Source of the DNA: Octopus vulgaris
Taxonomy: Eukaryota
Direction: 5' to 3'
DNA length: 64,000 nucleotides
NCBI GenBank assembly: GCA_951406725.2
Contig: OX597823.1
Span: forward strand, 7,006,001 to 7,070,000
Of this stretch, positions 27,391-40,269 are shown one piece after another. The first letter of the stretch is position 1, and the number at the start of each line of letters is the position of its first letter. Under the pieces are notes generated by a model. It saw only the letters and a program-made list of their open reading frames with translations, was not told the origin of the DNA and ran no database searches. A program made the position numbers and the translations under genes.

Positions 27391-27785
27391 ACTCTTTTAC
27401 TTGTTTCAGTCATTTGACTGTGGCCATGCTGGAGCACCGTCTTTAGTTGAGCAAATCAACCCCAGGACATATTCTTTGTAAGCCTAGTACTTATTCTATC
27501 AGTCTCTTTTGCTGAACCGCTAAGTTACAGGGACATAACACGCCAGCATCGGTTATCAAGCGACGTTGGGTGGACAAACACACACACACAAACGTATACA
27601 CACCCACATACATACATATATATATATACATATGTACGATGGGCTTCTTTCAGTTTTTGTGTACGAAATCCACTCACAAGGCTTTGGTCGGCCCGAGGCT
27701 ATAGTAGAAAACACTTACCCAAGGTGCCACACAGTGGGACTGAACCCGGAACCATGTGGTTGGTAAGCCACTCCTACTCCTATGC
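27391..27785 (-). mobile_element. SINE family A
   Basis: Colinear with 11686-12080. Confidence 0.88.
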
Positions 27786-28092
27786 ACCACATTGGCATAG
27801 GAGTGGCTGTGTCCTTTCTACTGTGTCTTTTTTTTTAAGGCAAAAGGACATGATTTCAAAAAGATTTGGCTGCTTTATCTAGCAGGTAGTTTAAGAATGT
27901 ACAGACACATAAAAAGTTTGAAATTATTGTTACAGGTGGAAAATTTTGCTATTGCTGCTGACCATACAGCTATAAGCAAGGAGTGAAATTTATTTTCTGT
28001 ACAGTTGAGCAAATTGTTATGAGTAGTTCAGCACCACTGTGCCTATGACTGACAGGCTATCTGTCTGTCTACATATATATGTATATATAAGC

Positions 28093-28586
28093 CAGGGGTG
28101 TAACCAACCCACTTATGCGTACCTTCCCGTCATTGGACACTGCTTGTGAAGACCTGTTGAGGCAAGTGAAATCGGAATCGAAATCAAATTTGATGACTGG
28201 CATCCGTGCTAGTGGAGCACTAAGAGCACCATCCGAGTATGATCGTTGCCAGAGTGGCTAACTGGCGTCCGTACTGCTGGCATGTAAAAAGCACCATTCG
28301 AGCATGATTGTTACCAGTGTCGCCTTACTGGCACTTGTGCCAATGTGCAAGTGACACATAAAAAAAAATACGATTTTTCCGTAGCCGTTGCCAGTACCTC
28401 CTGACTGGCCCTCGTGCCAGTGGCACGTAAAAGCACCCACTACACTCTCAGAGTGGTTGGCATTAGGAAGGGCATCCAGCTGTAGAAATTCTGCCAGATC
28501 AAGATTGGAGCCTGGTTCACCAATCCTCAGTCAAATCGTCCAACCCATGCCAGCATGGAAAGCAGACATTAAACAATGATGATGAT
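28093..28586 (+). mobile_element. Longer family B retroposon 3' region
   Basis: Shares gacctgttgaggcaagtgaaat with 36877 and has the B tail ending in (GAT)n. Confidence 0.8.
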
Positions 28587-28950
28587 ATATATATATATAT
28601 ACAACAATGATGATGATATATATATATATATATATCCAATATTAGGGAATGAGGTAGATAAAATCCAGGCTACATATGTTTCATAGCTAGCAGAATCTCA
28701 GAAGTAGTAATTATCAAAATGAGGAGTAATCCACTATTGTTCCTGAAAGTTGTTTTTATATCTTCTACAGACTGCTTGAAGCTTACTACCTTCCTACACC
28801 TTGATACTTGGATCTTACCTTTATATGTGTGTGCGTGTGTAAAATATGTCTATGTGCAGTTGAAAATATATGCATGTACTTATGTATATGAGTATGTCTA
28901 TGTGTGAATTTAAGTAGATACATATACATATCATATATATATATATATAT

Positions 28951-29327
28951 AAGTAGGTGAATGAATTATCCTAGTATTGATAATTCGGTTAACCGATACC
29001 TGGGTAGCAAATTCAAGTCAGAAAACACGGTTGAAGCTACATGCCAAGGGCAGAAACCCCATGTTCTTGTGTGGTAATTTGTGTGTTTTTTTTTAATATT
29101 AATAAATGAAAGAATGGAGTCGAATGAAGATTTTAACAAAATTCCTTTACTCTCAACACATGTTTCGAAGACTGCATACTCTTAATTCCGATATATACAT
29201 ATGTACGACGGGCTTCTTTCAGTTTGCACCCTTTATTCCTTCGGAATTAAGAGTATGCAGTCTTCGAAACATGTGTTGAGAGTAAAGGAATTTTGTTAAA
29301 ATCTTCGTTCGACTCCATTCTTTCATT

Positions 29328-29332
<5 letters not shown>
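28951..29332. mobile_element. (TA)n-flanked fold-back element, same family as 32690-33630
   Basis: 92-bp inverted arms 29100-29191 and 29241-29332. Each arm contains the hammerhead 3' half tcttcGAAACatgtGTT. Confidence 0.85.
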
Positions 29333-29366
<34 letters not shown>

Positions 29367-29769
29367 CCATCATCATCAGCAGCATTTTAAGATCCATTTT
29401 TCTGTATTTGCATGAATCAGATTTTCCACAGGAGACTGGAAACAAACAACACCATTGTATGACGGTAATACTCATTCACACACACACACACATATGTACG
29501 AGGATTCTTTTCAGCTTCTGTCTACCAAATCCACTCACAAGGCTTTGATTAACTTGGGACTAAAGTAAAAGACACTTTGTCTAGATGCTGTGCATGGACA
29601 GAACTTGAAGCCATATAATAAGAAGCAAACTTCATAATCATACAACTATGCTTGTACTATATATGTGTGTGTGTGTGTGTGTGAGTGTGTATGCATACAT
29701 ATATGTGTGCTTGAATATATATATATACACACACACATATACATAGATATATGAGTGAGTGCTTTAAGG

Positions 29770-29955
29770 GTATTGCAAAAGGCCTGGTTGGAAACCCAAT
29801 CTTCCGAGTTCTTTTACAGGGCTTACAAAAACTGAAGGACTGCTGCAATAAGTGTGTGAATCTGAGAGAGGAATATGTTGAATAAAATCACAATTAACTG
29901 ATCCTTCTTGTATTTTCTTTTACCCAAAACCAGGAACTTTTCAGCACCTCTTCAT
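29770..29955 (+). mobile_element. mariner-like transposon 3' fragment
   Basis: GLQKLKDCCNKCVNLREEYVE* resembles a mariner transposase C-terminus. Confidence 0.55.
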
Positions 29956-29978
29956 ATGTACATGTGTGTATCTCTATA

Positions 29979-30017
<39 letters not shown>

Positions 30018-30020
30018 ATG

Positions 30021-30064
<44 letters not shown>

Positions 30065-30462
30065 ACATACACATCTATCTTTACTTTATAGATATAAATG
30101 TATACTTGAATGTGACCTGTCATGTGAGGGGTAATTTTGGAAGTATACCTTTGCCACCATGGGTAGTATCAGGAAATAAGGCATATTTCCATTAACTATT
30201 ATTTAATTTTCATCAAATCTTTTGGTGCTTATTTAAACTGATGCAATTAATATTAATTTTCAAAATAAAAATATTTATTACCTGAAAATAAAATTTAATG
30301 AAACAAATTTCTCATTGTATAACTTCTCCCATTACTACTCTGTTATTTAGCCTCTCTCATTGTGTGTGCATGTAGTGTTTATTAACACAGTGCCTGCCAC
30401 CAAACCTAGTATGTGCACTGATGCTGCACATCTCATGTCAGCTCTTTGTGTCTCCCTTTTAT

Positions 30463-30499
<37 letters not shown>

Positions 30500-30529
30500 T
30501 AATATTATTATTATTATATATGGTGTAAA

Positions 30530-30802
30530 GTGTGTCTGCAGAATTCAACCACCCAAACAAACATTTATATATATATATACTGTACTGTAAGATCAACAAA
30601 AAAATTACACTATCTGGTGAGAGATAAATATTATTTAACAAACACAATATATGTTTTTATGTGCTACTATTAGTTTCATGTCGTATGGGCAGTGTCTGAT
30701 GATTGTGCTAGGATGCCAAATGTGTTATAAAACAATGTTTGGCATGTTCTCAGTACATGAAACTAACAATAGCACATAAAAACATATATTGTATTTATCA
30801 AA

Positions 30803-30810
<8 letters not shown>
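30530..30810 (+). mobile_element. (TA)n-flanked fold-back element with hammerhead-like core
   Basis: Imperfect arms ~30629-30681 and 30755-30808. CTGATGA at 30696-30702, a long stem II, and GAAAC at 30759-30763. Confidence 0.75.
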
Positions 30811-30840
<30 letters not shown>

Positions 30841-30899
30841 CATCATTTAATGTCTGTTTTCTATACTGGCATGGTTTGGCTGGAAGTGGTTTGACCAAG

Positions 30900-31470
30900 C
30901 AGACTGTAGGAGAGTAACTGAAAAGGCCAATAATCTGAAGGTATTATATCAAGAGAATATGATGATTGTGGTAGAATTTCTCATCCAACTCTTGAATAAC
31001 AATTTTGGTCAAATTAGAGATGTGGAGTCAAGTGTTGTCATGTTGAGAAAACACTCTGAGCAGTGAGTCATGTTGTTTCAGCTAGATTGCCTTGTTGAAC
31101 TGTTGCATTTGCTGAATAAATGTCTGAAGTGACCATGTGGTTGTTTTTAAGCATTTCATAGTGGATTAGCCTTTCTCAAACTCACCAAACACAAATCATT
31201 GTCTTGCAAGGGTGCAACTCTGGCTTGGCTTGTTGAGACAGCCATTCTTTCCTCTGCTGCATGTTAAGTTAAAGACACCATTTTTCATCACTGATAACAA
31301 TTTCTTTATTTCCTTATTTATTGTATGGAAATAAAGAAATTGTTATCAGCGATGAAAAATGGTGTCTTTAACTTAACATGCAGCAGAGGAAAGAAGACAC
31401 CATTTTTCATTGCTGATAACAATGTGATAATGGAATCTCCATCTGTGTCCACAAGTAGTTTGGTCTCAAG
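30900..31470 (-). mobile_element. mariner transposase relic with an internal inverted duplication
   Basis: Minus-strand HIVISNEKWCL, NMQQRKEWL, KPELHPCKTMICVW, LIHYEML and QHDNT. Confidence 0.75.
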
Positions 31471-31815
31471 CAAGCAGACTTTTGGCAATAAAAGAAGGCT
31501 GGAATCTGTCACTTTCATTCAGAGCATGTGCCGTGTATGCACAAAGTTTTTTAACCTTATCTATCACGTGAGGGTGACAGTTGATGTATTATGAGAGCAT
31601 CCCATTATTGGGTAAATTCCCTTGTGGGTTGGCATAAATCCTCATTCGATGAGCTTGTTTAATTTAAACTCATTGAACCAAGGTCAACCAGAATGCAGGG
31701 AATCTGTGAGGTATAAATATGTATATATATGTATAAATATATATATATGTATGTATATATACATATATATATGTATAAGAGAACAAAGTGTACATACATC
31801 GCTATATATATATAT

Positions 31816-32074
31816 AATACAAAATGGGACAAGAATGCAAAACATCAGACAGCTAGGTGATACAAAAAGGGACAACAAAACATCCAGATAGATGATACAA
31901 AAAAACAAGGATGGGTCATTCAAAGCTTCCTATCCTCAGTCAAGAACTGGATCATCCTCGCAATTGAGGACAGGAAGCTTTGTTTTGTTGGGTATTGTCT
32001 ATCTGGATGTTTTGTTGTCCCTTTTTGTATCACCTAGTCGTCTGATGTTTTGCATTCTTGTCCCATTTTGTATT
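31816..32074. mobile_element. (TA)n-flanked fold-back element
   Basis: Arms 31816-31898 and 31980-32074, plus inner stem 31922-31938 / 31965-31981. Confidence 0.85.
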
Positions 32075-32520
32075 TTATATATATATATATATATGTATAG
32101 ACATATATATGTATAAATATATATGTATGTATAGACATATATATAGGTGTTCAACTTACTATGAAAGTAAACAAAGTTTGCTTTAGAAGCACTGAGATGT
32201 ATTGAAAGATACAGAAGTTGAATTTAACGTTAGCATCTTATAAAGCTAGATTTATAAATCCTAAAATTGCAGAACAATTCATTATTCGGCAGTTTAGCTT
32301 AAAAGTAAAGGACTTCACACGTAATGACAGGGATGAGAGTTCGTGTCTCATGGCTGGCTGGTAACGATTTTTGCGCAAGATCTGGATAGTTTATCCTGTT
32401 CGTGCTATTGTATTAGCATTATCATGCATTTCAGAATAAATTATTTCTGTATGTTAAAAATATGTATGTATATATACATGCATATATATGTATATGTATA
32501 TATATATATGTGTGTGTGTG

Positions 32521-32561
<41 letters not shown>

Positions 32562-32689
32562 ATGTATATATATATATATATATCTATATATATCATCATC
32601 ATCATCATCGTTTAACGTCCGCTTTCCATGCTAGCATTATATATATATATATACATACGTATATACATGTATATATATATATATAACTA

Positions 32690-33630
32690 TGTAAATATAT
32701 GTGTTTTTTCCAGTGTTTACAAATAACACGGAAAAAATAAATAAACAGTTACCTAGGTAACAAATTCACACAAGTAACAAGGATGTAACAGCCTATTTAT
32801 AAAGGTAAAAATTCCAGGTTTAGGTGAAATGTTTTGTATATTATAGATAAATAAATGAATGGAGTTAAATGCAGGTGTTATTCAAATTCTTTTACTTCCA
32901 ACATATGTTTCGAAGACAACATTGGTATTATTCCAGAAGGAATAAAATGGTGTAAAACAATGCAATCTTCTCATCAGGGAAAGAAAGAAACCAAACACAT
33001 CAATAAGACATTTTAACAGAATGTGATGACTGCATATATGATAAAGGGAATGGTATTAGGATTTTTTTAAAGAAAACAATTAGTAGATATAACGTCAAAG
33101 GTAGTTTTTAGAAAGAGAAGGAGGAGAAAGAAAGAAATTAGCAGAAAACTAATAGTAAAGAAATAGAATATTCCATTCCAAATTAAATTGTTCATTATGA
33201 TCTTTTAGATACCAGATTAATTTACTAAGTCCAGTATTGTTACGTTTATTGATATACCTAAACGTAGAGTAATGATTAGATATTCTTTTGGACAACTGAG
33301 ATGAACAACTACCTATATAAAAAAAGATGTCAGAAACATACCTTTAGTTCCTAACATTCTATAAAATTTGACCTTTGACCATCTTCTTACATTGCACTTC
33401 TACTAAGTATATCTACTTCCATTCCTTTAAGCTTTATTCCAATTCACCTATCACTCTATGAATCTCCACTATTAGTTTTCTGCTTCTTTCTTTCTTTCTC
33501 TGATGAGAAGATTGCATTGTTTTACACCATTTTATTCTTTCTGGAATAATACCAATGTTGTCTATGTAACATGTGTTGGAAGTAAAAGAATTTGAATAAA
33601 AACTGCATTTAACTCCATTTATTTATCTAT
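32690..33630. mobile_element. (TA)n-flanked Penelope-like remnant with ~150-bp inverted arms
   Basis: 32843-32990 is inverted relative to ~33485-33630. The left arm holds an intact hammerhead core on the minus strand. Confidence 0.8.
32895..32983 (-). ncRNA. Type I hammerhead ribozyme motif
   Basis: Minus strand reads tttcc-CTGATGA-gaagattgcattg...caatgttgtcttc-GAAAC-atat-GTT-ggaag. Stems I, II and the short palindromic stem III all pair. Confidence 0.72.
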
Positions 33631-33801
33631 ATATGTGTATATATATACATATGTGTGTGTATGTGTATATATGTAAATATGTATGTGTGTGTATATATAT
33701 ATATATATATATAGCTATGTATATATGTGTGTGTATCTATGTATATATATGTATCTATATATATGTGCATATGTACATATATATATACATATGTATATAT
33801 A

Positions 33802-33838
<37 letters not shown>

Positions 33839-33874
33839 GAATGTTTGGAGATGATGTACAGGTATTATATATTA

Positions 33875-34418
33875 GAAGAAATGAGGTACTCAGAATTTTG
33901 TCTCTTTTTGTAGTATTATTGAGTGTGTAGAGGTGGAGAGAGATATAAGATAGTACAAGAGGGTGAGGAATGGGTAGAAACTGAGAGAGAGCATGTGTGT
34001 GTGTGTGCACTTTTGTATCTGAAAGAAGTGTTAATGGAAAAGAGAAGGAGAGAAAGAAGAAAAAAATGTGTTGATATCTTTGCAGCTGGTCAGTCTTTCA
34101 ATAGTAAATGATTCTTGGCTTTTAGAAATGGCAAACCTAGCTGGTCACTCCAGGTGGGGCAAAATATCACTTTTCAAAAAATTGTCTGGATTTCTATTTT
34201 CATTGTCTTGTGAGAGAGAGTGTGTGTGTGTGTGTGTGTATGTGCGATGTGTGTGGGTGTCTGTATCTGAAATTGTGTCAAAATTCCTGAAAAAGTTCAA
34301 TCTGATGACTCCACTAGAGTGGACGCAAGCGCTAATATATGATTTATAAAAACACGTGACATTAATAAATATCTGTAAATATAAAAACCATCCAGATTTC
34401 TGAGTACCTCATTTCTTC
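33875..34418 (+). mobile_element. (TA)n-flanked element with 21-bp inverted ends and a degenerate hammerhead
   Basis: gaagaaatgaggtactcagaa at 33875-33895 and its complement at 34398-34418. CTGATGA-c-tccact-ag-agtgga-c-GCAAgcgcTA at 34302-34333. Confidence 0.65.
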
Positions 34419-34464
34419 AAATATATATGAATTTATATGTATGTTTGTGTGTATACATATGTAC

Positions 34465-34507
<43 letters not shown>

Positions 34508-34710
34508 GATAGATATGTGTGCGTGTATGTGCGTAGATATGCGTATGTGTATTAGTATGTGCATGTGTTTATATATATGTATGTATATATATGGATATAT
34601 ATGGATGTATGTGTATGTAGGTTTGTATATGATTGGTGTAAGTATATATGTGTATGTATATGTAGGTATATACGTATGTGTATGTGTGTATATATATATA
34701 TATATGTATG

Positions 34711-34763
<53 letters not shown>

Positions 34764-35401
34764 ATATATATGGACTTGTAGATTTCTGTATGTGTATAGA
34801 TGTACATATGCGTATGTGTGTAGATATTTGTATGTACGTGTACGTATGTGTATATACGTGCATGTATGTATATATATATGTGTGTGTAGGTATGCTTTTA
34901 TGTACACGTGTATGCATGCATGTGTGCATATATGTATTTATAGGCGTATGGATGCGTATATATGCGTATGTATGTTTATATGCACAAATGTCTGTATATA
35001 GGCATATGCGTTTATATATGCGGGCAGATGTTCATGTGTGTTTATGTGTACTGAAGTACATTTATATATGTGGTTTTGTGTGTACATAGTTATGTATACG
35101 TTTATGTGAAAGTGGGTACACTTATGTATGTATGAATATGTGTATATGTGTATACATAGAACATGTATGTTTGTGTATGTGTATGAGTGTGCGTGTGTGT
35201 GAGTGTTGGCGTTCGTATCCGTGGGAAGAGAGATAGAAAGGAAGGGAGAGGGGCAATAAATGGACTTCATTTAGGCCGGCTAGCTCCCTGGGGAGGATCT
35301 ACTCCAGGGCCACTATATGTGTGTCGGCTGGTAGGTAGGTCGATGTCAAAATAAAAATAAAATAAGGGAGGAAATGTGTGTATATATGTGCATGTATGCA
35401 C

Positions 35402-35435
<34 letters not shown>

Positions 35436-36443
35436 GTATGTGTATATATGTGTGTGTGTGTATGGGTGTGTATATACTTTTATATATATGTGTGTAGATA
35501 TATGTGTGCGTGTGCTTGCATGTTGGCATGTATGTGTACGTGTATTTGTATGTATATGTATATATGTGTGTATGTATATATGTGTGTGTGTGTGTATGTA
35601 TGAGTATGTGTATGTGTATTTATATATATATATATGTATGTATATATATATATGTATGTGTGTATATGTATGTGTATATATATATATAAGCGATAGTCTT
35701 CTATTCTATTCTATTTATTCATTTACCTACTTTATCACTGATTCTTTTGACCACTCCCCTAAGAAAGACAGTTTGTGCCCTGCCTACCCCAAAAAGTCCC
35801 CCACCACCACCCCTTTAAATCTGCCTAAATGTATAAATGCCAAAACTATTCTTGACACCAAGCTTCCTGATGATTTCTAGTCCTGTAGAAGCTCCTTCTA
35901 TAAAATAAATATATATATATATGTATATATGTGTGTATACATATATATATGTATGTATGTATGTATATATGTGTGATATATATATATATATGTATGTATA
36001 TATATGTGTATATTTGTATATATATATGTATATTTATATGCGTGTGTATGTGTGTATATATGTATGTATATATATATATATGTGCATATATTTGTGTATA
36101 GATATAATGTATATATATATATATGTATATGTATGTATATATACATGAATATATATGTATATGTGTGTAATACTAAGCAATTAAGGGTTTAGCAACGAAT
36201 TGCCTCACCACACACCGAATTTAGAAATAGCAGTCAAAGAGTTATAGCTATTCTTTCTACTAAAAGGGAGATCTCAGTAAAAACACAGCACTTGAAAGGC
36301 AAACACAGACAGGTAAGAGAGAATGAAATGACGGCAATCTATCATACAATTTTAAGTCATATGTGTGTGTATATATATATGAAAATATATATATGTTTAT
36401 AAATATATGTATGTATATATTTATATATGTATATATATGTATG

Positions 36444-36478
<35 letters not shown>

Positions 36479-36557
36479 TTATATATATATCAACAAAAAA
36501 AAATTATATATATATATATATATAGATAGATATCAAAAATAAGAATCTAAATTGTTG

Positions 36558-36596
<39 letters not shown>

Positions 36597-36741
36597 ATAT
36601 GTATATATATATGTGTGTGTATACATAGGTATGTATGTATATATATGTGTGTGTGTGTGTATATATATATATATGTATGTTTCTATATATATATGAATGT
36701 ATATGCACATATATGTATATATATGAATATATATATATATT

Positions 36742-36772
<31 letters not shown>

Positions 36773-36822
36773 GAATATATGTGTGTGTGTATAAATATAT
36801 GTATGTATATATATGTATATAC

Positions 36823-36854
<32 letters not shown>

Positions 36855-36876
36855 ATTGTATATATATGTATATATA

Positions 36877-37198
36877 GACCTGTTGAGGCAAGTGAAATTG
36901 GAATCGGAATCAAAATCGCTCAAAAATCAATGGAAATTGTAGTTGTGACACCAGTGCCAGTGGCACGTAAAGAGCACCAACCGATCGTGGCCATTGCCAG
37001 CCTCGCCTGACATGTAAAAGGCACCCACTACACTCATGCAGTGGTTGGCATTAGGAAGGGCATCCAGCTGTAGAAACACTGCCAGATCCGACTGGAGCCT
37101 GGTGCAGCCTCCTGGCTTCCCAGACCCCGGTCGAACCGTCCAACCCATGCTAGCATGGAAAGCGGACGTTAAACAATGATGATGATGATGATGATGAT
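36877..37198 (+). mobile_element. Family B retroposon 3' region
   Basis: B tail with (GAT)n, embedded in TA-rich repeats. Confidence 0.85.
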
Positions 37199-37419
37199 AT
37201 ACATATACATGTATATATATATGTATATATGTGTATATATATGTATTTATATATGTATATAGCTATATATATATGTTTATATATAAGTATATATGTATAC
37301 ATGTATGTGTATATATATTGTATGTATATATGTATATATATATATATAAATATATATGTATGTATGTATATATATGTATTTGTATATATGTCTGTATACT
37401 GTGTGTATATGTATGTATA

Positions 37420-39760
37420 GATTGGAACGGACTGGCAAAAGTGGAACTCTCTAAGATGTTTTGGTGTAGGGAAAATGAATAGCAATGGTCTCATGCTGCT
37501 AGAGCTTTGCGATGAACATGGACTTTACATCGCAAGCTCTCATTTTATGCACAAAGTTAATCACACAACAACGTGGATACATCCAAGTTCTAAAGTTTGG
37601 CACTTGCTGGATTATGTCATCATCCACAAGTGGGACATCTGTGATATTTGTAGTGTCAAATCCTTTCATGGATCAGAATGCTGGACAGACCAGAGTCTGG
37701 TGTGAGCAAAGTTCTGGATGATGATTTGAGTGAAAGAGAGATGAGCGCCAATTGGCATTCCTTGATGTCAATGTATGATGCTGTGTTGAGGAAAGAGCTT
37801 CAAACTCACTTGTCCAGCATTGAAAATACTACAGTATGAGAAGTTTTTGAGATCAGGTTCTTCAAGGTGCTGCTGAAACACTGGGGTATGCTACTGTCAA
37901 ACACAGAGACTGGTTTGATGAAAATGATGCTGTAGTTCAGTGATTATTGGTTGTAAAGCGCCAAGCCTTCAATATATTGCTGCACAGAAGACTTTCAGCT
38001 GTGCAGCGAAATCTAGCACTTGCCCACTATAGCAGTGTAAAATCACTACTGCAGCGATCTCTCAGGAAGATGCAGAACACTTGGTGGGAGGATCTTGCTC
38101 TTGATGTTCAGATTGCTACTGATGCAAATGACAGCAAGATGCTTTACCATCTTATGAAGCAAGTCCTAAGAGCTCTGCATCAGCTCCTTTGCTTTCCAAG
38201 GAGTCTTTTACTTTATCTACTAAATCAACAGAAATCACAGGTCGCTGGATTGAAGACTTCTCTGCACTTCTGAACTATAAATCAGTTGTGGATGAAACAG
38301 GGATTGATTCTGGCTCCTTAAATTCACCCCCTTCAATAGATGAGGTAATGACAGCAATAAGTAAATTGAATCTTGGTAGGGTACCTGGAAAAGATGGAAT
38401 TTGTGCTGAGGCAATTTGGTGGTGATAACATCATACAGTCTCTTCATGTAGTCTGGAGGAATGGTGCAATGCCTAAGGACTGGAAGGATGCAATTATTCT
38501 TCCTCTCTATAAAAGAAAAGGAGTCAGAATAATGTGTGGTAATTACAGAGACATTGCTCTATTATATCAGCTGCTGGCAAGGTTCTAGCAAATATTCTTC
38601 TTACACACCTGAATGGGTGTCTCATAAATGATGTCCTATCTGAATCTCAGTGTGGCTTCCGATGTGGTAGAGGGACAATAGATATGATTTTCACAGCAAG
38701 ACAGATGCAGGAGAAGTGCTATGAACAGAATATAGACCTTGTCCAGATATTCACTGATTTAACCAAGGCCTTTGATACTGTGAATAGGGCCTTGCTATGG
38801 AAAATACTTGGCAGACTTGGATGTCTGGATCACTTTGTATCTACAATTAAATCGTTTCATGATGGGATGGTGGCTTCGGTCCGTGTTGGTGGTGGTATCA
38901 CTGGACCTATTCCTATAGAGAATGGTGTCAAGCAGGGTGACATCCTTGCCCTAACTTTGCTACTGTTTTTACTCATGCTTTTGCTAAGGTTAGCTGTCTG
39001 GGAATATACATCAGGTTTTGATCTTCTGGACACCTCTTTAATCTGTGCCAATTTGCTGCCAATTCAAAACTTTTCCAGTCTCTTATTTGTGACCTCCTTT
39101 ATACAGATGACTGTGACATCGTCACTCATACAGTGATGACATGCAAATACTTATGAATCATATTTCTGCTTCTGGCATGGCATTTGGACTCAGCATTAGC
39201 CTAGACAAGACTGTTGTAATGTTCCAGCCTGCATCAGGAAATCCATATGTGGACCAGCTATTTTGGTTGAAGGAACAACACTGAAAGTGGTAGACAAGTT
39301 TGTCTACCTCGGCAGCACACTGAATTGTTCTTGCTCCCGGGATGATGAAATATCTTTCTGGCAGCAGAGAGCAACTGATTCCTTCCAGTCTCTTCAGTCT
39401 TGTGTCTGGTTCCAGCTTCACATCACAAGGCAAACAAAAATTACTGTGTACCATGCATATGTACTGACATTGCTCCCTTACTCATGTGAGATATGGACCC
39501 TTTACAAACGTCATGTGAGGGTCCTTGAACGTTTTCATCAGAGATGTCTGAAATACATTCTGAATGTTGGCTGGACCATAAAACCTCCAGACACACAAGT
39601 CCTGAGGAAAGCTTATATCTTGAGTATTGAGGTGATTGTGCACAAGCACCAGTTATGTTGAACTGGACACCTTATTAGAATGAAGGATAGCAGGAGCCCT
39701 AAACAGATGCTATATAGGGAACTTATTAGTGGAAAGAGACCCCTGCAAAAACCAAGAATA
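37420..39760 (+). mobile_element. RTE-clade (BovB-like) LINE pseudogene, endonuclease end + RT
   Basis: [91 protein letters not shown] and DKFVYLGSTL. Frameshifted. Confidence 0.92.
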
Positions 39761-39829
39761 GAATACATTCATATACTAATAATAATAATATAAATAATAT
39801 ATAAATATATGCATATATACATATATATG

Positions 39830-40066
39830 GGTACAGGACATCAAAAAAAAGTTGAACACAATGAGAAACGAAAACATAAAAATAAAAACATAGAAACGGG
39901 GAGTAGATGAAACAGGGACAACCGAAGAAGGGGAATATTCCTTGCGTTGTATGTCTTGTACTCTGTTTTTTTTTTTTTGTTGTTTGAAAAAAGTTTGTTT
40001 CTATGTTTTTGGTTGTATGTTTCCGTTTCTCATTGTGTTCAACGTTTTTTTTTTATGTCCTGTACC
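39830..40066. mobile_element. (TA)n-flanked fold-back element
   Basis: Arms 39830-39897 and 39997-40066. Confidence 0.8.
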
Positions 40067-40269
40067 TATATATGCATGTATATACAGATATATGTAGGTA
40101 TGTATATATGTATATAAATATATATGGATCTATAGCAATTGGAAGGGATTGATCCAACTCAAATAAACATTAACAGCTGTGTGACGTGAGGCGTAAGGGG
40201 AAATGAAAGCATCACCTCTGGAGTTTGCCAATGATCACTATGCCGATAGGTAACTGAACAGAATAAATT

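Noticed and set aside
28660-28710. Minus-strand GAAACatatGTA half-hammerhead
   Set aside because: No matching CTGANGA box or inverted arm was found.
35867-35895. CTGATGA followed by a small hairpin
   Set aside because: No GAAA or stem III, so it is too incomplete to call a ribozyme.
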